A stretch of 64,000 nt of DNA from Auanema rhodensis (taxonomy: Eukaryota; Animalia; Nematoda). A model generated the notes under the pieces. It made no database searches. It worked only from the letters and a program-made list of their open reading frames with translations, and had not been told where the DNA came from. Positions 27,683-38,761 of this stretch are shown piece by piece (within the stretch, counting starts at the first letter, position 1; every line of letters starts with the position of its first letter). A program made the translations under genes and the position numbers. Where the stretch lies: positions 15,252,001-15,316,000 of the forward strand of contig OZ059898.1 in the NCBI GenBank assembly GCA_964057225.1. Direction: 5' to 3'.

Positions 27683-30664
27683 ATGGACATACCTCAAGTA
27701 CGGGAATCCAGAGGAAGGTCCGTAGAATTAGACGGTCGTCGGATAAATGCCGTCTCACCAATGCATCTTGGTTTGTTTCGTTTTGACTTCAATTTGTTAC
27801 CTTAACCCGAATTTTCTGCAGGAGAATCTGTTTTGCAAAATTTATGGAAGGAAAAACAGTCTCAGCAACAACAGCAACAGAATCTTCAAGTTCAGGATGA
27901 AGGCCCTAAAGCAGCTAAATGTAATTCATGAAAATTTAATCATATTATTTAAATTATTTCTATGATTTTAGCTGATGACAATGAAAGAAAGCTGATGATG
28001 ATGTTAGAGAAGTATCAGAGTCAAGTTAAGTTACAACAGCAAAGAAATCCCTCACAAGCGTCTTCAAGAAATAATTTACATAAAATCGAGAAGATGTACG
28101 TTGACTTTCACTTTATTTTATTTATTTTATGTTCATAATTAGGGCCAACTCAAGGCCTCCGAATGGTACTCCTGCTTCTCACATGAGCCACTCTCAACCT
28201 TGCTTAATAGCTATAACCGATAGACCTCCTGATTAGTAAGTTCAATTTTTTTTTGGCTCAAGTGCAGTTCCTGATAGAAGTAGATCTACGCTCCAGGGAT
28301 GTATTGAATATTCAATAAATCCTGGAAGTTCTACTATATCAGACTGCTAGCGCGCTTACGGGGATTAGAATCTGGTAAAAGGTATATCTCCTGCCGATTT
28401 AAAATTATACAGATTGACAAAATGTATGCACCGTTTGGCAAAAGGGGCGGGGGCTTAGGGGGGAAGTGCACTAGAGCCAATATTTTGTTTTACCTTCTTT
28501 TTAATATTAAGTTTTCTCTATTTTCTATGTTGTTGTATTTAGCAGCATTAGTCAACCGATGAGTAGTCATCAATACCAACGAAGATCGTCAGGCTCAGGA
28601 TCCAGTGATCATCACGAGGGTATAGGGAATGGCTTAGCTACTCAACGAGTCAGTTATCAAACTTCTTATTTCAAAAATTATTTTACTGTTAAGGCGAATA
28701 ACAACCAAAAATTGTTACAATCTTTACGAGATCAAAATGTTCATTTAAAGCGCGAAGCTGATACGTTAAAACATAAGCTTAACAAGTTGCAACAGGTAGT
28801 TATATTTCAATGATCTCGGTTCTCATTTAATTGTTTTGCAGATCGAAACAGCTTATGATAGGATAGAGAGGGACTATGAAATTTTATTAAGAGAGAAGGA
28901 AAGACAAGAAGGTTTGGAGAAAAACACTTTATCACAAATGGAACATTGCATTCGAAGGTGAACCTTCTAGTTATCTTCATATAACTTTTTTTGATTTTGT
29001 TTTACAGAGTATTAGCAGAAAGAGATATGTTACAAGAAAAGTTAGAACAAGTTCAAGCTAGCCTTCCCAATATGAAAGCTCAAAAACTTTCTGGAGAAAA
29101 TTATAGCCAGTTTAATATTTTATTGAGTGAACTTTTACCGCAACGTATGTCGTTTGACAATTTTATCTCCTTTTAAATGATTTTTTTTATTTCAGATGAA
29201 GAATTGAAAGCTTGCAATGAACGACAAAAATTGGAAATTAATGCACAGTCCGCTACATTAGAAGAACAGCGAAATCATATTTCTATGCTGGAAAAAGCTC
29301 TTAGTAATGCTCAAGATAGATTAGCTAAACGAGAAGAGGTTTGTAATATTCTGTATCCAAATAAATTCAGTTGAATTTTTCTGTTAGGCTGTTGAAGAGT
29401 TGAGAAGTTCCCATGAACGTGCAAAAATGTGGCAACGCCAACTTCAAGAAGTTCTCTTGGATAAGCAAGCCAGGGATGAAGCGCATGCTCAAGAAAGAGC
29501 ACAATGGGAAATGGATATTACTCAGTTGAGGCTACAATTAAACAAGGTTAGTTCTATTAATTGAAAGTTTTTAACGGTTTTTATTTGTTAGGATGCTTCT
29601 CTGAATGGAAGTTTAAAAAGATCGAATGGTGTTCGCTCTTCTATAGATAGTGGCGATGAGGCTGTCATTCGTTTGAAGAAAACTTTACATGCTCGCGACG
29701 AGCGTATCACTCAATTAGAAAGAACTATAGTAGAACTTCAAGGGTAATATTTGTTGAAATTTTTTTCTTAAATTGCTTTATTTATTTCGAATTTCTGTTC
29801 TCTATTTACTGATTAGCTTTACTGATAAGCATGTGATCTTTGCTTGTTAACATTTTTTATTATTTAGGAAACTTCATGATGAAACAGAACGAAAGAAAGT
29901 AGCGTTAGGGGCCTTGAGTGAGAATTTAGAGTCAAAAATAAAACGACTGGAAGAAGAGAAATCGGAAAAAGTTTGTTTGAATTTTTCAAATGCTTCAAGT
30001 TGATTTTTTTTTCCAGGATCGAATAATTGCTGAGCTGACAGAAGAAAAAGAAAAACTAGGGGATTTCTTAGGGGAAAATCGAGGGTATGTTTCAAATACG
30101 CATTTGTTTTGCAATATTGTTTCATTTCAGACCACACCTTTTTCACCCCACACAACGAGAAGATGGGGCTAGTCGTGATCTTGAATTAATTGGACAAAAA
30201 ATTCAAGAGAGGAGGCGGAAGGGAAGATTATGTCCAGCTGGAGGGTATTGGCATTCCAATCATCTCAAGTTTATGTCATACTTTTAGATTGATGGGTATC
30301 GCTACTGATCATTCACGTTCTTCTTCTGGTTCTTTGTTGCAAACAAGTCACCAAAGGTTAGTTGCATTACATTGAATGTAGAGAACGGTTGCATTCTTTC
30401 CGGTGTTGGTATACATTCATTTTAATTAATATTATAGAACTTCTTCGGGTAGTACACGTGATCAGAATTTACTAAATGATAATACATTGCTTGATAATAC
30501 TTATACTAGTAAATCATACGTAGAGCATAATGGTAATTCTGATTTCACTACAAAAATTTCTTTTCGGTCTGTTTCTCTTTTTATCAAACTGATATAATAA
30601 TTTATTATTTTTAAGCGGTGAGAAGCGAGAGGATGAAAACGGGGATTCCGTATGGAATGTGTAA
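27683..30664 (+). CDS. AMOT: Angiomotin-like (Motin family) coiled-coil scaffold with PPxY motif and C-terminal PDZ-type ligand
   Basis: Many short exons. Spliced protein: MDIPQVRE...GESVLQNLWKEKQ...RPPDY...LLQSLRDQNVHLKRE...KLNKLQQIETAYDRIERDYEILLREKERQEGLEK...SATLEEQRNHISMLEKALSNAQDRLAKREE...LHARDERITQLE...GDSVWNV*. It is colinear with the vertebrate AMOT coiled coil ([58 protein letters not shown]). Confidence 0.85.
28253..28480. mobile_element. MITE-like non-autonomous element in an angiomotin intron
   Basis: Terminal inverted repeats TTGGCTCAAGTGCAGTTCC ... GGAAGTGCACTAGAGCCAA match at 17/19. There is an internal imperfect hairpin at 28264-28347 and no ORF. GC is higher than in the flanks, and the host intron is ~307 nt versus ~45-50 nt for most neighbours. 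Confidence 0.6.
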
Positions 30665-31813
30665 ATATTTTGTATTTCAATAGTAGTAAGGGAACGTTTA
30701 GTTTATTTTTTATTGAAAGATGATATTTTGGTCATATTCTTAAGACATAATAAGCATAATATGCCATTTTAAAAATGAAAAAAAGTGGCCATTGTTTCGG
30801 ACGATTTCAATTACCTTAACAACGTGCCTTGTTTTATCAAACATGTGATTATTTTCCTGTGCTCAAGATTTTCGTACTATATATATTGCTTCTTTCATAC
30901 ATCACAGAATTTGCCAATCTTTATAGATTATTTAATTTTTTAATTAATTGGATATGCAAAGGTTTTTATGCACTAATTTTTCATTTACCAACTAATACTG
31001 CGCGTGTCTATCTGTTTGTTTTTTCTCTTTTTTTGTACAGTTTTTAACAGTTGAAAGACTGTGATAGCTTTTATGCCAATGTATATACACTCTGGTGCAA
31101 AATATTGTATCCTCTCGAAAGTTCTATCAAATTTTTCTATTTCCAAATCAAGTATATAAATATTTTTCTAATATGCATTTAATACATAAAATGAAAATGA
31201 AAAGTTTAAAAATTCTTAATATAGTTCATGTTTGGAAAAATTTATAAAAAATATTTCATATATGTTAAGGCTTTTTCTTCGAAGCAGCTGAAAAAAGTTT
31301 CAAACTTGAAATAGATTCGTGAGAAATCTAAAGAAAAATAATTGAAAAATAATGTATAATTCTTTATATATAATATAAATTGAGATCTACCCATTTGACA
31401 ATAATAATAATAATAATATTTTTCTTTAAATAGTATGAAAATATTCGAAAAAGATGTTAAGTTTGGAATTATTCTCAAACGAGAAGAAAATAATAATAAT
31501 GAGCATATAGTGAGGTGGCACCGAGGAAAGTATTATATATAAAAAGAAATTATGATCCTTGTTAACCGAAAATATACATCACATATGTAAAGGAAGGTAG
31601 GAATTTCAAAAAGTGAAGACAAAAGGCAACAAGTTGGTTCGCTGAAGCTATTTAACGAAAAAGAACTTCTAAAAGCCTCATGTAAACGAGGAAACGAAAT
31701 ATAATTCAGAAGAATATAAAAAGTTTGAGTTTAAAATACAGAATTTAAATATAATTAGGAATAATTATATAAAGTTCTTTTGACTATATATTGATTTGTG
31801 AAGATGAGAGAGT

Positions 31814-34800
31814 CTAGAAATATACAGTAGGAGCTCCATCTTGGTTAGTTACCGTAACCGGTACGAGATGAGCACCTTGAGCTCGTTTGGGGGCTGGTGA
31901 CTTGGCAGATTCAAAAGCTCGTTCCTTTTCACTATTCACGACATATCGACTGAAAAAAAAGAAAATAAAAAGACTATTGAATAGAATGAGGTGTAAAACT
32001 AAAAAGAATAATAAGGTATAAAGGCTATAAAACTATTGTTAAAATTAGAAAACAAGGACGATTATTGTTAATATTGATTAGTAAATATTAATACAATTAT
32101 TAATTTTGAAATATAATATGTTATTAATGAAATAAATTGTCTAATGAATTGAGGATTTGGTCAGAAAAGTGAAAGCTGAACTCATTTCGGGTGATTTATG
32201 TGCCTACCTTGGTGTCGTCATGGTTCCGGTAATAGTAATTCCAGTATCGTTCGTATTATTCATCCAACATATACTTGTACGTTTATGACTTCGCCATCTG
32301 AAAAATTAGTTTTCTGTCCGAGACCATTATTTCATCAGAAGATTTTGTCATTTGAAGAATGTATTGTGATGTTGTTATAATGAAGAATGATAGAAATGAA
32401 TATTTTACATTCGTTCGTTCGTTTCATACGAATTGTTTGTTGAGAAATAGGACAGGTGACAGTGGACAAGAACGATTAAACTATATACATACATAGTTCA
32501 TATAGCTTATATTAACCATTGAGCATTCAAAGTTATAAGAAAATGCTTTGAATTATGTTTTTATGCTTGAAAAAGTTGGTTTAAAACTTACGCATAATGC
32601 ATTTTTCGGCAAATAATTATGAGGAGAATTGAGAAAATTAGAGCCAGAAGAATGAGAATAAGTACAGTGAGTACAGATGAAGTTGAGATAGAATATAGGC
32701 TGTTTTGAATGACTACCTGAAGAAAGGTTTTAGAAATATTGAGCATGTCTGATGTGAATGAAGGGAACCTTAGTTAGTGCTGAAGCGCCAGCTTCATCCA
32801 AGGCTTGAATAAGCAATTCGCATGTTGAGCAAACTGGACGTGCTCCTGATTTGAGGCGTAGAACACCGCGCTCATCAAGCGAGAAATCTCTGAAAATCGG
32901 AGATATAACGACTATTCTATTGAATCGAAGTCATCTTATTTCCAATGACGCAACATACTTGTTCATATTCAAAAGCTGCATCTTCGTTGATCTGCTGTTG
33001 TTGGTGCTGAGCTTGATCTGGCCAAGAACAGGTAGATGATTGCTAGTAGACATCTGGATGACGTATTCGGCTTTGTCAAACGCAATGCTATTGGACTCGT
33101 TTCCGGATGCCACCACAGCCGGGGGACAGGATACAATCGTGTCGGCTGTTGGTGCAATTGTCGGTCTAACCGGATCAGTTTCAACAGTCAATAAGAAAGG
33201 TACAATTGTGCTCTGAAATGCGTTGTATTAAGCCTTTTGTTTTTGAAAAAACTGTCGACTAACCTCATTGGTTGAGCTGCTTGTAGCAGTTACATTGACT
33301 CTATGTTGACCAGTCTGCTTGATGTGTCCAGCTACAGTAACTTCACCGGTTTGGACATTGATTGAAAGCGGAATTTCATGATCAGAATCTTTCAACGAAT
33401 ACACAACCATATCATCAACCATCTGAAATACATCATAAAGATGAAACACTTTATCAGATTATCATTGAAATTACATCTTTGTTTTCAGCTTTAACCTTCA
33501 TAATCACAGTTCCAGGTGATGTTGACATGTAAATCTGCAAGAAATCAATACATATGTACTATATCTAACTATTCTTTTATAAATTAGAAATTGTAGATGA
33601 TTATAATCAATTATGATCAATTTAAATATAATTTCCAACCTTAGTTGAATACATCTGATGCTCAAACTGGATGGAATTTTTCAAATTCACAAGGACAATA
33701 GCTGTAGCATTCCTTTCCTTGTTGTCAGTTTCAACAGCCTGAAAACATAGAATATGATTTGAGTCCCTTTGATATAATAAATTTAAAATTTCTTGTTAAC
33801 TTCGTAGAATTCAACACACTGAACGTGCAGAATCGCTTCTTCAAAGGTTCAAAAGAAAAAAAATTCTAACATCGAATGAGCGTTAGGTGGACATCAAGGA
33901 CATGATTTCCTTGATGTCCATGTGGAAAGGATTGATTTCAAAGCCGAATTAATGAGTTTATTGGTTATGTTTTTCTTTTATCTGTTGAATATTTATTGTT
34001 TGAAGAAACTCACATTGACAAAAAGAGTTGCCGTAGTTGGTGGCGGAGTTTTGGAGACTAAGATGACACCTCGTTTATCAATTGTAAAATATGAGCTATC
34101 TTCTGAAATTAAATTATATATTATAGATTATATGTATATAGAATATGATTATATAATTATATTTTTAACTCCATTATGATGTTGTTTTAAACTATTTGAT
34201 TTAGCTTTGTCTATTGAGATAAACATATGTGCAGGCAAATACTTTTCGTTCTTCTCTACACCAAGAGGGGAAGGAAGGGAAGATGGCCCTCACATCATCC
34301 TAACAGATAGAATAGAATCCAATTGAAATTCTAGATGAAACTTTTGTTCCAACATGTCTATGTGTATGTCAATTCGTGTAGATTGAATATCAAAACAGAA
34401 TATTCGTATTCAATCAAATGGTCAAATAAGAACATTTTCAATATTTTTCGTTTTCTTTGCACTTTTTTGCACAAAAATTCTTTTCAGCATACATAAATTA
34501 TAAAATATTTAATATATATTGATATAATTAAAACATAATAAATCAATTAATATATAATTTGTGAAGAAGAAAAATTAAAAGTGCAAGCTGACCTCCTTCT
34601 AATGAAAATTCGATGTTAGCACCAAGATTATCCGCATCACTGACCTGGATTGGCTCTGGCATTAAAACTAATTGGCCATTCTAAAGAAGATTATATGATG
34701 TGCTTTAGACATGAATGAAGTTTTTACTTTGATTTTTGAAGAATTATATAATTTCCGATTGAATAATGGATTAAGATCATTCACATTCTCAACTGTAACT

Positions 34801-37800
34801 CGTAGAGGAACTCTTGAGAATTGACTTGGCTCTCCTTGGTCACGAGCTTCTATCTCTACTTCAAATTCTTTAATTTTCTCATAATCGATTCGATTCTTAA
34901 AACAGAAATATGTTTTTTACATACATATATATGAATTTTCAAATACCTTAATCGTCACAACTGGTTTGAATGGATCAGCTATTTCAAGAAGATCCGAATG
35001 AGGTCCCGGCACAATGGAATATTGTATAAAGCTATTTGGGCCTGGCTGATCACGATCAACAGCTTCGAAGTCAGCAAAAACAATTGTTCCTGAAATAGAA
35101 AGAAATATATTAAATATGAATACATGAATAATGAACTAACCAGCTGGTAATTCTTCTTTGATTGTGATGTTATACTCTTCAGCATCAAATTCTGGAGCAT
35201 TATCATTGATATCCTTGACCGTTACAAATACACTGATATTTAACTGAAATCATATAGTTAGCATAACTATATGATATCATATGAATGTAGTTTTGTATCC
35301 AAAAGTACAACATTTTATAAAATACTTTGTACTTTGGTTCCATTTCTCTAAGTCTTATCTTAAACTCTCAATTGATTAATCGATTTTTTTGAAAAATGTT
35401 CAGATGATGAATCTTCAGTAGAAGGCTAACAGTATGAAGGGATAAGCCCGAAAACAAGCAGAGAATCTATAGGCTTATCACACATTAAAAGTCAATAATC
35501 TTGTGAATTTCCTATTTAAACATTGAAAAGATGATGATGTACATGTATGTATATTGAAGATTTCTTCTTAATTATATCATATAATTTAAATATTTTACTA
35601 GTTATATATATATAGAAAAACCCGTTTCTTCAAGTATTATTTACATTAATCGAGACACTCAAATAGAGATGAGTGATAGACAGATATAGTTTATATAGTT
35701 TATGATACCTGATTGAAATCTGCATCAGCATCTGATGATTTACATTCAACAACAGCTTCAAAACGGCTTGATCCCTGAAATGAATGAATATGAAATTTTT
35801 AAAAATATTGAGGATTACTGTAAAATTTATGTGGAAAATGTTTTATTTCTTTTAACAAAATTTTAAAAAATGAATCAAAAATTAAAAGATCTTTGACCTA
35901 AGTCGTTTTCATTTTTATTTTCTTGTCCCATACTCATTTTTGTGTGAAAAATGAAGAACATTTTCTATTGTTAAGCTTTTGCAAATGGTATAGAATTTCT
36001 TTTCTTGAAGAGCAGTTTTGTAAATTAAAACGGCCATTCTTCATGTTTTAGCTGTCGTAAGTAAATGGTCAGCTTGTCTATATGCTATGTTAGTGTATGT
36101 CGAAGAAGTAGCCAATAGTATGTGATTTGTTTCCTCTTCCATCTACGTTTCTCTTTCTCTTCATACAGCTCTTCATTCTCTTTGTTTTACTAGACATACG
36201 AGCACTTAAAGCACATCGCTAGACAACAACATCATTATCATCGTAGCAGCAGCAACAGCAACAGAGCAGCACTAGCAACACCTATAACAGGCTACGACGA
36301 CAACGTTGATGTCGTTGTCGTCGTCACTATGAGATGCTTTGTAACATATGTGAGGCTACATTATTCGTCAAGGATGCACAATGAAACTCACACAATCACT
36401 ATCGAAGCTTGTATACACATATATACAATTAAATATCTCAAAGGTTTAGCACAAATATATTTGGACTAGATACATATGGTTAAAAATTCTTCTGATTACT
36501 AAACTAACCTCATCTCGATCGAGTGGAGTTTTTAACTTCAACTTCTTAGTTCCGGGTTCGATATCAACAATATCATTGCCTTTGACAAGTTTTAATGACA
36601 GTTCGGGCTTTTCACCCGTCACTGTTCCCTGGATTGGTAGCTCACCCACAATTTTTCCTGCAAGAAAATGAAGTATAAAACTTTTTTTTTTCAAATTTAA
36701 ATCAGATATGAACCCCCATGGAGAATAGGATGATCTATAATCGCTAATGATCACAACAGCCGACAGATCCCAAAAAAAAGGAGTTTGATGTTTAACATTC
36801 ACTTCATATGACATGTTAATTCCACAAATGAAAACAGGAAATTCTTAGATGAATAAGGTATTAAATGAGATTTCTTAGCGTGGATTCCAATTTAACATTT
36901 TTTTTGTTTTCCTTTGATAATTAGCGTTTTCTACACCATGACTGTTTCTCAACTTCATCACATTCCTTTTCCCAATTTCCTCGTTTCTTCTCATTCTTCA
37001 ATAGATCTCACATGCATTGTTCAAGCCGTTTGTTCGGCTGTTTTATTACACTCAAAATAATTTGCTACATACAGTCTATATTTAGAGAATAACAAAAGCT
37101 TTCCATGTAACCAATCAACGCGAAACGACAGATGAAATGACGCAGTCATCTCTTCAATAACCAGGTTCAACCGGGATTATGCGAAATGAGCCTAATCAAC
37201 CAGCTGGTCGTCCAATTGCTGTCGACTTATCTCAAGTTATTCAAGCATCTTGCACTCAACTCAGATAGGAAGAAACATACAAGCAAGAATCATGAAAATT
37301 CATTTTTCGGAATTATTTCGTTGCCAAATCGATTCAATATTATGAAAAATATTTAATAATTTAGAAAATTAGCATACCAAATACATTATGAAGTGGTTAT
37401 TAGAATAATTAAAGATTCTCACGTGGCACGTGGCACGTGCTTCATTCAATTTTCATGCAAAATATGACACGGTTGTACATGATTACTTCCTACTTCTTGT
37501 TTTCTTTTAGTCAATAGTTTGTTTGTTTTCATTCAATTATGATAATTAGTTTTATATAAAGGGATTTAATATATATGTATACATATATAAACATAATATT
37601 TATATAAAATATACTATACATATAGTAAACTTTAGGTAAATGACCATGCATGTATAGCAAAGACTGGTATAAGCATAAAGAAAAACCGGAAGATAACGAG
37701 ACTAGAGGTTATACCGTCTTACAAGTGACTTTAACGCCATTGCCCCCCCCCCCCCTCTCTCTCTCTCTCTCTGAACGGTTTTCGTTGCTTCAGCCTCAAT

Positions 37801-38063
37801 CCATCTCCCTTCATAGCCACTATAGAACAATGAAAAAGAAAAATGATAAGAGCTAAAACCATTGGTGAACATTTCTTTTTTCAAAGACAAATCCTCGAGA
37901 ATCTAGAAGAATACAAGAGGCCCGCTTACAGAATATCAGCTGCTTCTCTTCACAATCGCTTCGGACACAACTGAGAAAGTCACTTTTGAGAGATTATAGT
38001 GAGCCTATTCTGATCAGTAGTCTTTTTCAAACAATTTTTACATCTTTTCCCTATTTCTCTCTA

Positions 38064-38096
<33 letters not shown>

Positions 38097-38761
38097 GTCT
38101 CTCTCTCTGTCTCTCTTCTTCTTCTTCTTCTACTTCGCCTTCTTCTTCTTCTCTCTTTGTTTTGATTTTGCCTCCAAACATTGAATTAAATCAAAAAATG
38201 ATTCTATTTCTGGCAAAAGGTACATGAAGGAATATAGCCTACTTATCGTAGTTTTTTGAAAAACTGGGTTTACATCGTTCTTTTCATCAAAATAAGCTGC
38301 AATCTAGACTTCATGGAAACGTGAAGTGGATCAGGAAACAAACGAATTTTCTATTTTCCGAAATATTTTTCAAAAAAAAATGAAAAGATGTTTGAGCTCC
38401 CTCAAAGGTTTTAATTCAAGTTTGAATAGTATTGTTTTCTAAATAGGTGGTTTCGGAGAAAAATATAATTGATATTTGATATAATTCTATGGAGATTGGT
38501 GAAAGAGGATGGGAGGTCAGAGTCAAATCAAGCTCTATCCAATAAATTGGTCAAGCTCAAGAGGTTGAAGATAAAATGAGCAAACATCTATTGTTTGGAG
38601 CCGAATAAAATAAAATGTTTGGAAGAAAATATTTTAATGAATCATTTTACTATACCTGGTTCTAAATCCTCAAAGACTGATAAATAGACAGAATTCATGC
38701 CATTTTCCAGCAGACATCCATGTACTGTTGAGATTAAGAATAGTAGAAATCGCCACCTCAT
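31814..38761 (-). CDS. cdh-9: Non-classical single-pass cadherin (cdh-9-like)
   Basis: Signal peptide MRWRFLLFLISTVHG. Cadherin Ca-binding motifs LDRD, VKDINDNAPEF, EAVDRDQPGPNS, IDYE, ARDQGEP, VENVNDLNPLF. TM helix VLTVLILILLALIFSILLIIIC (~32.6-32.7 kb). Short tail ending GAPTVYF*, with no classical catenin-binding domain. The cadherin call is secure; the cdh-9 name rests on size and architecture and on recalled linkage to ser-1 in C. elegans. Confidence 0.85.
37420..37439. promoter_or_regulatory. Triple tandem E-box (CACGTG x3, 7-bp period) in the first intron of the cadherin gene
   Basis: CACGTGgCACGTGgCACGTG is seen directly; a function is only inferred. Confidence 0.5.
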
